DNA from: an uncultured Alphaproteobacteria bacterium
Lineage (GTDB): Bacteria > Pseudomonadota > Alphaproteobacteria > Rs-D84
NCBI GenBank assembly: GCA_944392595.1
Contig: CALXXD010000005.1
Coordinates: 3,104 to 67,103 of the forward strand
Direction of reading: 5' to 3'
DNA length: 64,000 bases
Shown here piece after piece: positions 1-9,750 of the stretch; the stretch's first letter is position 1; every line of letters begins with the position of its first letter. The notes below the pieces were generated by a model. The model worked only from the letters and a program-made list of their open reading frames with translations. It made no database searches and had not been told where the DNA came from. A program made the position numbers and the translations under genes.

Positions 1-1235
1 TCGTTTTCGCCACCGGGTTCCAAACGATACAGACCCGATGCGCCGGCATATCCACTGGGGTCCAGCAAATATGCCGCATCTGATTTATGGGAATATATCA
101 TGCCCATCGCCATATTGGCTGCATCATATCCAAACCCAGCCATGCGATCCGGCAAAGCGCCCGTTACACGTTCATACAGATTTACAAACGATGGTGTCAT
201 TTCCGGTAAAGTCGCGTATTTTGCACCAATCATTGTTATATCAGATGTTATGTCAGACCCATCCCATAATGCAGTGCCGTAAAAACGAGCGTCGCGTGTG
301 CTAACACCGTAATATCGCATGAATGATGCCAGTGTTTCTGTATCGTCGCCGTTGCCCAAGAATAAAACGGCGTCATACGGTAATTGTCCGATAACATCCA
401 TTTTTGACATACGTTCCAGTTGTATGTTTAATGCGGATTCTTCCAATATCGTTAATCTTTCGTTCGTTAAGATGTCAGATAAAATTTCGCGGGCGCGTGT
501 GTTTGCCGCTGCGCGCGCAGTATTCATGGATGCCGCCAAAGTTGTGCTTTTGATGGATTCTGTATTATTTTCTGAATAATAAAATATACCCGTGATTGGT
601 ATGTTATAAATTCCGGCCGCGCTTTGTGCCGCCCCAGCCATCAGATGACCGGATTCTGTATCAGGTGCCAAAATAATAAAACCAGTTACGTTATCAGATG
701 ACATTTCGCGGACAATAGCCTCGGTACTGTTGATGGGCAGCAATGCCATTGTCATAACGCCGTCGCCCAATGCAGTCGCGTCCGATGTAAATGACAATAC
801 AGGGATGTTTTCGGGCTTTGCGTCGCGCAGGGCGCGTACGTTGTCTGCAAACACGGGGCCGATTATGATTTCTGGGTTTGTGGCCAATGCGTCCGATATT
901 GCGACGGATGTGTCGCGCGCCGTATCATAAAATGCAACAGATAAATTTTGCGGTGCCGATTGCAGTGTGGCGATTTCAATTGCGTTACGAATTGCGCGGC
1001 CTGTATTTGCGGCGTCACCCGATAATGGCAACATAACCGCCATGCGATGTACCGGCGCGCCAACAAGATTGTCGGTTGGGGTGCCGGGCTGCATATCAGG
1101 TGATCCATACTGTAACGCCACGGGGGTGCCCGTTTCCAGCGCGTTATATTCACCATACCAGTCTGTGCGTGGGGTTGTGTCGCCTGCGCATGCAGACAAT
1201 ATTAAAATTGCCAAAAATCCAAAAACTTTGTTCAT
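1..1235 (-). CDS. LpoA-like penicillin-binding-protein activator / type-1 periplasmic-binding-fold lipoprotein (C-terminal part runs off the window)
   Basis: Not in the ORF track because the frame stays open to the window edge. Hand translation from the ATG at 1235 gives MNKVFGFLAILILSACAGDTTPRTDW (lipobox LSAC), then GAPVHRMAVMLPLSGDAANTGRAIRNAIEIATLQ, with no stop down to position 1. It is divergent from rsmI, as lpoA(yraM)/rsmI(yraL) are in E. coli. Confidence 0.6.
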   Translation of the reverse strand, partial: MNKVFGFLAILILSACAGDTTPRTDWYGEYNALETGTPVALQYGSPDMQPGTPTDNLVGAPVHRMAVMLPLSGDAANTGRAIRNAIEIATLQSAPQNLSVAFYDTARDTSVAISDALATNPEIIIGPVFADNVRALRDAKPENIPVLSFTSDATALGDGVMTMALLPINSTEAIVREMSSDNVTGFIILAPDTESGHLMAGAAQSAAGIYNIPITGIFYYSENNTESIKSTTLAASMNTARAAANTRAREILSDILTNERLTILEESALNIQLERMSKMDVIGQLPYDAVLFLGNGDDTETLASFMRYYGVSTRDARFYGTALWDGSDITSDITMIGAKYATLPEMTPSFVNLYERVTGALPDRMAGFGYDAANMAMGMIYSHKSDAAYLLDPSGYAGASGLYRLEPGGEN

Positions 1236-1289
1236 ATACATTGAAAAATCCATTTATTTCTGTATTATTTTACTATAAAAGGATTTGTA

Positions 1290-2090
1290 ATGCAATCAGG
1301 GCTTTATATCGTTGGAACGCCGATTGGAAATTTATCTGATATGTCGCCACGTGCGATTGACGTTTTGCGTAATGTGGATTTAATCGCGGCCGAAGATACG
1401 CGTGTGTTTGCTAAACTGGCAACGCATTTTGATATTAAAACACCACGTGTGTCGTGTCACGAGCATAATGAGCGTGATGTGATTCCCGATTTAATTGAAA
1501 AACTGCGTTCCGGCGCATCGATTGCGGCGGTGTCTGATGCGGGAATGCCGGGGATAAGTGACCCGGGTTTTCGAATTGTGCGTGCAGCGCGCGATGCAAA
1601 TATTCCCGTGTATGTTGTGCCGGGGCCGGTTGCGGCGATTTCTGCGCTGGTGTTATCTGGATTCCCAACGGACAGATTTACTTTCTGTGGTTTTTTTGAT
1701 GAAAAGAAATTACGTGATGACAACAAAATTCGTCATACGATTATTTATTACGAAAGTCCAAATCGCGTCATGACAACAATTGCGGCGTTGGCGCGGGTTA
1801 TGCCTGAACGGCAAATTGCGATTGTGCGCGAAATTACCAAAATTCACGAGCAGGCAATTATCGGATATCCCGCGGATTTAATGCACATAGAACCGCCACG
1901 TGGTGAAATTGTCATCGTTGTTGCGCCGGCACCTGAACATAAGATGTCTGATGCAGAAATATCAGAAATAATAAATGATGTTGTTGGGGATTCGACCAAA
2001 GTTGCGGCGGCTGATTTGGCGCGTCGGGCGGGTATTTCCAAGAAAGAGGCTTATCGGCGTATGTTAAACAAAGGGGGCGCGGATGATTAA
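1290..2090 (+). CDS. rsmI: 16S rRNA (cytidine1402-2'-O)-methyltransferase RsmI
   Basis: 266 aa. The N-terminus LYIVGTPIGNLSDMSPRAIDVL..IAAEDTR is typical of the RsmI tetrapyrrole-methylase fold. Confidence 0.9.
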   Translation: MQSGLYIVGTPIGNLSDMSPRAIDVLRNVDLIAAEDTRVFAKLATHFDIKTPRVSCHEHNERDVIPDLIEKLRSGASIAAVSDAGMPGISDPGFRIVRAARDANIPVYVVPGPVAAISALVLSGFPTDRFTFCGFFDEKKLRDDNKIRHTIIYYESPNRVMTTIAALARVMPERQIAIVREITKIHEQAIIGYPADLMHIEPPRGEIVIVVAPAPEHKMSDAEISEIINDVVGDSTKVAAADLARRAGISKKEAYRRMLNKGGADD

Positions 2091-2637
2091 GTTTGTTGGC
2101 GCGTTTGATAAAGTATCTGATTTACCAAACACCACGTTCCCAGAATACGCATTCATCGGGCGCAGTAATGTTGGTAAATCATCGCTGATTAATGCGATTG
2201 TGCGTCAAAATGTTGCGCGTGTGTCAAATACGCCCGGACGTACCCAGACGCTGAATTTGTTTAATGCAGACGACAGAATTATGATCGTTGATTTGCCTGG
2301 ATACGGGTATGCGCGTGTGTCGCGTGCCGATGCCGCGCGTTGGTTGGCGCGATTGGAAGAATATTTATTAACGCGTTCGCAATTGCGGCGTTTGTTCTTG
2401 TTAATAGATTCGCGTATTGGGGCGCGGCCATCTGATTTGGATTTAATGGATTTTTGTGATGCCAATGGCATCGCGTACCAGGTTGTTTATACAAAATCTG
2501 ACAAGCGGGTGCGCGAAAAAAATCAGATGGTGATTTCGCATGAAAATCATCCGGCTATGGCGGCCGATGTGCTGGAAACGTCCGCTGAAAAGAAAATTGG
2601 AATTGATGCAATAAGGGCAATAATTGGTATCAAATAA
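2083..2637 (+). CDS. engB: ribosome biogenesis GTP-binding protein YihA/EngB
   Basis: G1 GRSNVGKSSLINAI, G3 DLPGYG, G4 TKSDK. Overlaps rsmI by 8 nt. Confidence 0.9.
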   Translation: MIKFVGAFDKVSDLPNTTFPEYAFIGRSNVGKSSLINAIVRQNVARVSNTPGRTQTLNLFNADDRIMIVDLPGYGYARVSRADAARWLARLEEYLLTRSQLRRLFLLIDSRIGARPSDLDLMDFCDANGIAYQVVYTKSDKRVREKNQMVISHENHPAMAADVLETSAEKKIGIDAIRAIIGIK

Positions 2638-5140
2638 AAATATTTTTTATGCGACAAATCCCGCACGCATGATGGATGCGTTGGGGATGGTGCTGGATGC
2701 GTCGGGGGTGGATTTGGCCGATATGCTGATTTTTTTGCCCAGCCGTCGTGCAGTGCGCGGGGTGGAAAAATATCTGGTTGAACGTGCGGGGCACAGTATT
2801 ATTTTACCGCGCCTGGTAGCCCTGGGCGAGGCCGCCGATGAAGACGATAACAGTGATGATGCGGGCGATAATCCCGATGCAATTCCCGATATTTTACGGG
2901 TGGCAATTGCGGCGCGATTGTTAATCCAAGATGCAGATGTTGGTAATTTGGCGACTGCGTTGCCGTTGGCGCATGATTTAATTCGTATGCAAAATTATAT
3001 GGAAAATGAAGGTGTGGATGCCACCGCCATTGAATGGGGAAAATTGGTGGATGAAAAATATGCCATGCATTTTCGGCGCAAGGCGCAAATATTTGAAATT
3101 TTATCCTGCGTTCAAAATGAAATATCAGATGCACGTCCGACATGTACCGCAAAACGTAATGCAGATATACGTGCGTGGGCGGGACATTTGAATGAATATA
3201 AATTGGTTGTGGTGTGTTCTTCGACGGCGTCTGTGCCGGCGACGGCTGATTTGATGGTGGCGGTGGCAAAATTGCCGCATGGGCGAATTATAATGCCGGG
3301 GCATATTGCGGGGGATGCGGCGGATTTTGAATTGGATACAAATCCATATTATTCCGAATATAAATTTTTATTGCGCGCAGGTGTTGCGCCATCTGATTTA
3401 ATTCCAATAGACGTTGGTGCGTCTGCGATGGATTTTTTCAACCATGCGTTTGGCAATAATCCCGCACGGCCAAATAATGGCGATATGGTGCAACGTTGCC
3501 ATTTGGTGACGTGCGCCCGCGAAAGTGAAGAGGCCGCCGCCGTTGCAGAAATCGCCGCACGTGCGGTTGAAAATGATAAATCTGTTTTAATCATAACGCC
3601 CGATGCCGCCGGGAATCAGCGAATTGCGTCCGAGTTTGTCACGCGTGGATTGGATGCCGATTTTTCAGGTGGTGTTCCGGGTACAATGACGGCGACTGGG
3701 CGTGCAATATTGAATATGTTTGATGCCTGGATTGATGCGGGCGATAATACGTTTGATAAAATATATGCCGGGGCGGGGGAAAATTTGATGCGCGCAATTG
3801 TCACAATGGTTGATGATTGTGGGCTGAATTTCGCGCCGGCCTTTGATGTGGCGGATGGCGCATCTGTTCAGATTTGGCGCGCAATATCACAATTGTCGGA
3901 TGCGCTGGATGTGGCGGGAATAAAACTTACAACGGCGGATGCGCGCGTGTTTTTGGCGGATGCAATTGGCGCAGTGACCGTGCGTGGGGCAATGAATGAT
4001 GGGGCGCGCATTGTTGTTCTGGGGACAATCGAATCACGCATGCAGACGGCGGACGTTGTTATATTAACTGGATTAAACGATGGTATGTTTCCGGCGCGTG
4101 GGTATGAAAATGCTTGGTTGCCACAGTCGGTTGCAAAACAAATTGGTTTGCCGTCCCCAGACAGAAAGGTGTCTTTGCAGTCGCTGGATTTTATGAATTT
4201 ATCATGTGGTGCGGATGTATATTGGACGCGCAGTGCGACGGCGGGTGGTGTCAAGACAACTGAATCCAGATTTTTATCGCGCGTGGCTGTGCGGGGCGGG
4301 GTGTTTGATACCGCATGTGGTGACGATATTTTACGTGCTGTGCGGGCACGTGATGCGGTGCCATCGTGTCCATTGGATTATGCGCCGCCGTCTGTATCCG
4401 ATGATTGGGGTGACGTATATGTTACGCATTTGGAAAGTTTAATTCATAATCCGTATGTGTTCTATGTGCAGCATTTGTTGCGGTTGCGCGTTTTGAATGA
4501 TTATTGGGCTGCGCCCGATGCGCGCGATTTTGGAAATCTGGTGCATGGTGTTATCGAAGATGCGCGTGATTTTAATGCGGATGCGTTGGTGCGTGAAATG
4601 GATGCGCGTGCGATTGCCAAACTGGGCGCGGACAGTGTGGTGTTTTATTTTTGGCATAAACGATTTTTACGAATTGCACCAATAGTCACAGATTTAATGA
4701 ATTCTTTGCAGGGCAGTATGGCAGAAGTCCCCGGCAAAATGGAAATAGATGGGCATACAATTCGTGCGCGTGCAGACCGTGTTTGGGACGGTGGCGTTAT
4801 GGATATTAAAACGGGTTCTGCGCCAAGCAAGTCTCAATTAGATGCGGGCAATATGCCCCAGTTACCGTTGGAGGCATATATGTTACAAAATGGCGGATTT
4901 CATGTACATACGACGGAAAAATCCAAGACACCAGTTATGAAATTTTTGCAATTGAAAAATAATGCTGAACGCGTGATTACGTATGAAGTTCAAGATACCC
5001 AAAAAATGATGAATGCGGCCGTCGCGCGCGCCAAAGAAATGATTGATATATTCTTGGTTGGTGGCGCGCCATACGAATATCGTCAGACGGCCGAACCGAA
5101 ATATCACGCATTTGACGATTTCGCCCGCGTAGATGATTAA
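2624..5140 (+). CDS. addB: AddB-like double-strand-break repair protein (PD-(D/E)XK nuclease C-terminal domain)
   Basis: 838-aa ORF. The N-terminus (LIFLPSRRAVRGVEKYL...ILPRLVALGE) resembles alphaproteobacterial AddB. The C-terminus (ADRVWDGGVMDIKTGSAPS...QLPLEAYML) resembles a RecB-like nuclease motif. The ORF-track start is TTG, so the true start is uncertain; ATG ATG at 2669 is possible. Confidence 0.6.
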   Translation: MVSNKNIFYATNPARMMDALGMVLDASGVDLADMLIFLPSRRAVRGVEKYLVERAGHSIILPRLVALGEAADEDDNSDDAGDNPDAIPDILRVAIAARLLIQDADVGNLATALPLAHDLIRMQNYMENEGVDATAIEWGKLVDEKYAMHFRRKAQIFEILSCVQNEISDARPTCTAKRNADIRAWAGHLNEYKLVVVCSSTASVPATADLMVAVAKLPHGRIIMPGHIAGDAADFELDTNPYYSEYKFLLRAGVAPSDLIPIDVGASAMDFFNHAFGNNPARPNNGDMVQRCHLVTCARESEEAAAVAEIAARAVENDKSVLIITPDAAGNQRIASEFVTRGLDADFSGGVPGTMTATGRAILNMFDAWIDAGDNTFDKIYAGAGENLMRAIVTMVDDCGLNFAPAFDVADGASVQIWRAISQLSDALDVAGIKLTTADARVFLADAIGAVTVRGAMNDGARIVVLGTIESRMQTADVVILTGLNDGMFPARGYENAWLPQSVAKQIGLPSPDRKVSLQSLDFMNLSCGADVYWTRSATAGGVKTTESRFLSRVAVRGGVFDTACGDDILRAVRARDAVPSCPLDYAPPSVSDDWGDVYVTHLESLIHNPYVFYVQHLLRLRVLNDYWAAPDARDFGNLVHGVIEDARDFNADALVREMDARAIAKLGADSVVFYFWHKRFLRIAPIVTDLMNSLQGSMAEVPGKMEIDGHTIRARADRVWDGGVMDIKTGSAPSKSQLDAGNMPQLPLEAYMLQNGGFHVHTTEKSKTPVMKFLQLKNNAERVITYEVQDTQKMMNAAVARAKEMIDIFLVGGAPYEYRQTAEPKYHAFDDFARVDD

Positions 5141-5190
5141 AAATGCGTTGTTGGTATTATGGATTTGCGCCGTTTATTGCAAATGGATTT

Positions 5191-5961
5191 TTAATCCATT
5201 TTAAGCATTAAACCACAATGGTCTGTGGGTTTTTGTGCCATGCGCGGATTTTTGTCGATTTCACAGAATTTTATCGCACCCATTGCCGATGCGTTCGCCA
5301 AAAAATAATCCAATCGCAGGCCTTGATTATTGCCAACTGTATCACGACCGCGGTACCCGTACCATGTGTATCCGACATCGTTCGGGTGCATCGCACGCCA
5401 TACGTCCGTCCATCCCGCATTTAACCATTGCTGCATAATTTCACGCGCGGCCGGGGCAGCAATCGCAATACCAACATAGTTCGCAGGTTTCCATACGTCC
5501 ATATCGGTCAATGCCACGTTAAAATCGCCGCCTATGATTGCTTGTTCAGGGGACGCGGCATATTGCTTTATATATTCTGTAAATGCGCGCATCCAATCCA
5601 ATTTATATGGGAATTTAGGTGAATCGACTGTGTCGCCGTTTGGCATATATACGTTTATTATACGCACGTGCCCATCCACGACGCATTCGATAAATCGGGC
5701 GTTGGGGTCTGGGAAATTTGGCATGCCGCGGGTTACGTCTTCGATGGAAAATTTGGAAAATACCGCGACGCCATTCCATGATTTTTGGCCGAAAACGCGG
5801 ATGTTATAACCGTATTCTTCAAATAAGTTATGTGGGAAATTGGCGTCATCGACCTTTAATTCTTGGACTAAAATAGTATCGTATTCGCCACCGCGCAGAA
5901 TGTCGATAAAACTTTCGGCGTGGGCGCGTATCGAGTTGATGTTTAATGTAAGTATTTTCAT
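5191..5961 (-). CDS. xthA: exodeoxyribonuclease III
   Basis: MKILTLNINSIRAH...QELK...HCGLMLKMD is the EEP/ExoIII family pattern. I chose the internal ATG at 5961, which has an AAGGAAAAG SD; the ORF track extends to 6018. Confidence 0.9.
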   Translation of the reverse strand: MKILTLNINSIRAHAESFIDILRGGEYDTILVQELKVDDANFPHNLFEEYGYNIRVFGQKSWNGVAVFSKFSIEDVTRGMPNFPDPNARFIECVVDGHVRIINVYMPNGDTVDSPKFPYKLDWMRAFTEYIKQYAASPEQAIIGGDFNVALTDMDVWKPANYVGIAIAAPAAREIMQQWLNAGWTDVWRAMHPNDVGYTWYGYRGRDTVGNNQGLRLDYFLANASAMGAIKFCEIDKNPRMAQKPTDHCGLMLKMD

Positions 5962-5981
5962 ATTTGCAATCTTTTCCTTGG

Positions 5982-5991
5982 TGGATATAAT
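5982..5991 (+). promoter_or_regulatory. candidate extended -10 promoter (TGGATATAAT) for the acyl-CoA ligase gene
   Basis: GTGGATATAAT lies 40 nt upstream of the ATG at 6032, in the xthA/ligase divergent spacer. Confidence 0.35.
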
Positions 5992-6031
5992 ATAGTATGT
6001 CCAATATAAAAAATACAAGGGAATTTTTGTT

Positions 6032-7612
6032 ATGAATATGTATCAGTTACTGGAACGGACAACCGAAAAGTGGCCGGATAACTTATTTCTGGTGCGCGAA
6101 AAGGTTACGTTCAAGGAATTCATAGATTTGGTTCGTGCGCGTGCAACATCACTGCATGCGGCGGGCGTAAAGCAGGGCGATGTGGTTGGTATTTTGGCGC
6201 ATAATATACCGCAATTCCCAATCACATTGTTTGCAATTTGGTTTTTGGGTGGAACTGTGTTATTGCTGGATACGAATTTGACCCCGTTCGAGTATGATAA
6301 TATGACTCAGATTGCGGGATGCAAATTTGTATGTGCAGAACCGTCGTTTTTCTTTAAAACCAAAAAATTCGAATTTTATGACATTACAAAAAAAGACGAA
6401 AAAATAGATGCACGATTGAAACCGGCTGCGCTGGAATCAACCGATGTTGCAACGTTGTCATTTACGTCTGGATCAACCGGTACGCCAAAGGTTGTGCCGC
6501 TGACGCACTTTAATTTGGTGGAATGTTCGAATTCGTTGGAAGATATGCATCAGTGGATTAAGCCTGGATTTATTATGTATGGATTTTTGCCAATGTATCA
6601 TATTTTCGGGTTCGCAGTCGAAATATTGGCAACATTGCACTATGGTGCGGGAGTTTTATTACAGCCCAGCATAAATCCAAAGGAAATTATGGCCGATTTC
6701 AAAGAATTCCGGCCGCATGTTATCCCGGCTGTCCCCCGATTGTGGGAGGTTTTACGCAACCGCATTATCGATAATATCAAAGCACAACATAAATGGTGGT
6801 TGGCGTCGTTTGTTCTGAAATATGGCAAATTGTTACAGAAAATCGGACTGGGGAAATTGGTAAGAAAGGTTCAAGAACCAGTGTTGGCCGTATTTGGCGG
6901 ACGCGCAAAATTGCTGATTGCGGGTGGTGCTGCCACCAAGCCCGAGGTGGAAACTTTCTATGAACGTTTGGGATTAACGTTTATCCAGGGCTATGGTTTG
7001 ACTGAAACTGTGGGGCCAATCTGTATTTCCAAACCGACCAAAAAACGATTCCCGTTTGCATTTGGTGGGCCAACAACAAACAACGAATGCGAAATTCGTG
7101 ATAAAAACGAAGATGGCGTCGGTGTTCTGTGGGTGCGCGGACACCAGGTGTTCGGTGGATATATGAATAACCCCGCCGTGAATTCCGAAGTGTTCGACGA
7201 ACGCGGATTCTTTAATACCGGTGATATGGTGACCATGGATAAAAACGGCGAATTGCACTTTGCCGGTCGTAAAAAGCAGGTTATCGTGCTGGATTCCGGT
7301 AAAAACGTGTATCCCGATGAGTTAGAGGGTATGTTTATCGAAATCCCGGGCGTTAAAAATGTCGCTGTGTTCGAGCACAAGGTAAAAGGCAAAACCGTTA
7401 CATACGGTGTGTTCAGTGTCGAACCTGATATGACCATGGAAAAATTGTCTGCGGCCATTGCCCAGGCGAATAAAAAGGTTGCGTCATATAAATGGGTGAC
7501 GCACTTTGCCATGACGACCGAAGATTTACCCACAACCAGCACGCAAAAGGTTAAACACCACGTCGTGCGTCAGAATTTGATAGAGGGTAAATATCCCATA
7601 CGGCATGAATAA
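6032..7612 (+). CDS. AMP-dependent synthetase/ligase (long-chain fatty-acid-CoA ligase-like)
   Basis: 526 aa. AMP-binding signature SFTSGSTGTPKVV, plus later GYGLTE and TGD motifs. Confidence 0.85.
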   Translation: MNMYQLLERTTEKWPDNLFLVREKVTFKEFIDLVRARATSLHAAGVKQGDVVGILAHNIPQFPITLFAIWFLGGTVLLLDTNLTPFEYDNMTQIAGCKFVCAEPSFFFKTKKFEFYDITKKDEKIDARLKPAALESTDVATLSFTSGSTGTPKVVPLTHFNLVECSNSLEDMHQWIKPGFIMYGFLPMYHIFGFAVEILATLHYGAGVLLQPSINPKEIMADFKEFRPHVIPAVPRLWEVLRNRIIDNIKAQHKWWLASFVLKYGKLLQKIGLGKLVRKVQEPVLAVFGGRAKLLIAGGAATKPEVETFYERLGLTFIQGYGLTETVGPICISKPTKKRFPFAFGGPTTNNECEIRDKNEDGVGVLWVRGHQVFGGYMNNPAVNSEVFDERGFFNTGDMVTMDKNGELHFAGRKKQVIVLDSGKNVYPDELEGMFIEIPGVKNVAVFEHKVKGKTVTYGVFSVEPDMTMEKLSAAIAQANKKVASYKWVTHFAMTTEDLPTTSTQKVKHHVVRQNLIEGKYPIRHE

Positions 7613-7638
7613 AAAACGGGGCAAATGCCCCGTTTTTT
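7612..7638. terminator. rho-independent terminator (A-tract/hairpin/T-tract)
   Basis: AAAAAACGGGGC-AAAT-GCCCCGTTTTTT immediately after the ligase stop codon. Confidence 0.8.
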
Positions 7639-7794
7639 ATTTATAATATAAAGTTAAAGCAAATTTATAACCTTAAAAATTATTTTGTAATTTCAAGTTG
7701 TTGTGCTTGTTGTTTAATAAAATGCTTTTATATTGTTTAAGTGGCTTGTTTATGGTAAAATTTACATATGTAAAATCTGAAAAAGGGGGATGTG

Positions 7795-8406
7795 ATGAAA
7801 AGGGTATTGTGGATTTTTGTTTGTTTGATCGTTGTTGTTGGAATTATTTTTGCGATTTTAAAATTAAAGAATTCTGATAATAATGTGATAAGTTTATCAT
7901 GCGTAGAGTATAATATTGTGGCGAAGAACTTGTCATCTGAAAATCCAGAATTTGTTATCAATGAAGAAAATGTTGTTTTGTCGCATGCCAGTGAAAATTA
8001 TTGGGAAAATGATAGTTGGGCGTTTCAATATGATGCCAACGATAAAAAGTATATGTTATTAGATAAATCGGGTGAGGTGTGGCGTTCGTGTGGTGTTAAT
8101 AATTTGGAACCAGAATGCGATGCGGTTATAGAAAACGTGAACTTAGAATGTCTGTTGGATTTTGACTTTTATAGTGTTGCGGTCCAGGTTTGTGAGGATA
8201 GGGCGATTTTAGATATTGGCGGAAAACAATATGTGTTGCCTGTTGATAGAGGTTTCTTTGAGAATGCAGATATGTCATTTTTGTCGGGTGATGCATTAAT
8301 TGGGTTTGTTGTAAATCCAAATGATCCAGAAAATTGGGCAGATTATGGTAAATATATATTAAAAATAAACGGAAATGAATATCCATTATGTACAGTTGTT
8401 GAATAA
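7795..8406 (+). CDS. hypothetical membrane-anchored protein (N-terminal TM, Cys-containing ectodomain)
   Basis: MKRVLWIFVCLIVVVGIIFAIL hydrophobic anchor. SD AAAGGGGGA before the ATG at 7795 and TGGTAAAAT at 7753-7761. The region is markedly AT-rich. I recognise no family. Confidence 0.5.
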   Translation: MKRVLWIFVCLIVVVGIIFAILKLKNSDNNVISLSCVEYNIVAKNLSSENPEFVINEENVVLSHASENYWENDSWAFQYDANDKKYMLLDKSGEVWRSCGVNNLEPECDAVIENVNLECLLDFDFYSVAVQVCEDRAILDIGGKQYVLPVDRGFFENADMSFLSGDALIGFVVNPNDPENWADYGKYILKINGNEYPLCTVVE

Positions 8407-8412
8407 ATAAAC

Positions 8413-8439
8413 AGGTCCCAGATATGGGACCTTTTTTTA
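8413..8439. terminator. bidirectional rho-independent terminator
   Basis: AGGTCCC-AGATAT-GGGACCT followed by T7. It sits between convergent genes and overlaps the mnmE stop codon. Confidence 0.75.
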
Positions 8440-9747
8440 TTTTCCTAAACATAATTGTGAAAATGTGGCGTCCAGTACTTCGTTTGCAGTTATCGTGCCC
8501 AATATCTTGCCAATTGCGTCGGCTGCGCGGCGGGTGTGTTCGGAAAATATGTCATAATTTTCTGTGCCTGCATCCAGTGCATTTTTTAATTCTGCCGCCG
8601 CATCATTTAACATTGCGCGTGTGCGTGCATTAACCGCCACACTGGATTCGGCCGTCGTTGCAATCTGGGCGATTTTTTTGTTTATTGCCCCAATCAGTTT
8701 TTTAATTCCGTCACCCGTTTTGGTGGATGTATATATCGCGCCGCGTATGTGTTCGGCATTACAGATGTCCGACTTATTCACGACATAAATTTCATTTTTT
8801 GCGGGGCGGGGCGGGATTGTAATTTTATTTTTTGCGCTTTGTACATGAATTACGATGTCTGCGTTTGCGATTTCAGATTTCGTGCGTTCGATTCCTTGTT
8901 TTTCAACCGCATCGGTGGCGCGACGAATTCCGGCCGTGTCCGATAAATTCACCATATATCCGCCCATGTCGATTGTTGCGGAAACTACGTCGCGGGTTGT
9001 GCCAGGGATGTCTGATACGATTGCACGATTTGCGCCCAAAATAGCGTTAAACAGCGATGATTTACCAACATTCGTGCGTCCGATCAATGCAACATTAAAA
9101 CCGCTGCGGATGGCGCGAACCGCCGCATAGCGCGAAATGGCGTTGGTAATTTCGTCGTATAATTTTTTTGTTTTGATGCGGATTGTTTTCCCAATATTTG
9201 CGGGCAATTCATCGTCTGCATAATCCAGCATTGCCGCCGCATACGCGGAAATTTCAATCATCTGCCCCCGCCATGCGTTATAAATTTCACTGTCCCCGCC
9301 CAGCATAGATGCCAGTGCCGATTTTCGTTGTGCGTCTGTCTGTGCGTCCAAAAGTGCCGCCAGGCCGTCTATATCCGCCAAATCCATTTTGTTATTATAA
9401 AATGCGCGGCGTGAAAATTCGCCAGGCGTGGCCATACGGCCGCCCATATCGCGCAGGTATTCAAATATCTTTTCCACCACCGCTGGTGCACCGTGGGAAT
9501 ATATTTCAATAACGTCGGTTCCAGTAAAGGATTGGGGCGCCACAAAGTATGTTGCGACAATCTGGTCAATAACATCGCCCGCGGTGTCGCGCATAGTTGC
9601 AAAATATGCGTGGCGCGCATCGGCGGATTTGCGGTTGGTTATTTGCAAAAATAATTTATATAAATCGTCGCCCGATACACGTATGACGGCCACACCCGAT
9701 TTTCCATGTCCCGATGACAGCGCAAAAATTGTTTCGTTATTGTTCAT
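8437..9747 (-). CDS. mnmE: tRNA modification GTPase MnmE
   Basis: 436 aa. N-terminus ETIFALSSGHGKSGVAVIRVSG, G1 GRTNVGKSSLFN, C-terminal CLGK tail. Confidence 0.95.
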   Translation of the reverse strand: MNNNETIFALSSGHGKSGVAVIRVSGDDLYKLFLQITNRKSADARHAYFATMRDTAGDVIDQIVATYFVAPQSFTGTDVIEIYSHGAPAVVEKIFEYLRDMGGRMATPGEFSRRAFYNNKMDLADIDGLAALLDAQTDAQRKSALASMLGGDSEIYNAWRGQMIEISAYAAAMLDYADDELPANIGKTIRIKTKKLYDEITNAISRYAAVRAIRSGFNVALIGRTNVGKSSLFNAILGANRAIVSDIPGTTRDVVSATIDMGGYMVNLSDTAGIRRATDAVEKQGIERTKSEIANADIVIHVQSAKNKITIPPRPAKNEIYVVNKSDICNAEHIRGAIYTSTKTGDGIKKLIGAINKKIAQIATTAESSVAVNARTRAMLNDAAAELKNALDAGTENYDIFSEHTRRAADAIGKILGTITANEVLDATFSQLCLGK

Positions 9748-9750
9748 ATT

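Noticed and set aside
5962-6018. N-terminal 19-aa extension of xthA (MYFLYWTYYIISTKEKIAN) in the ORF track.
   Set aside because: The ExoIII family starts at MKI.T.N. The internal ATG has a good SD, and the extension overlaps the divergent promoter region.
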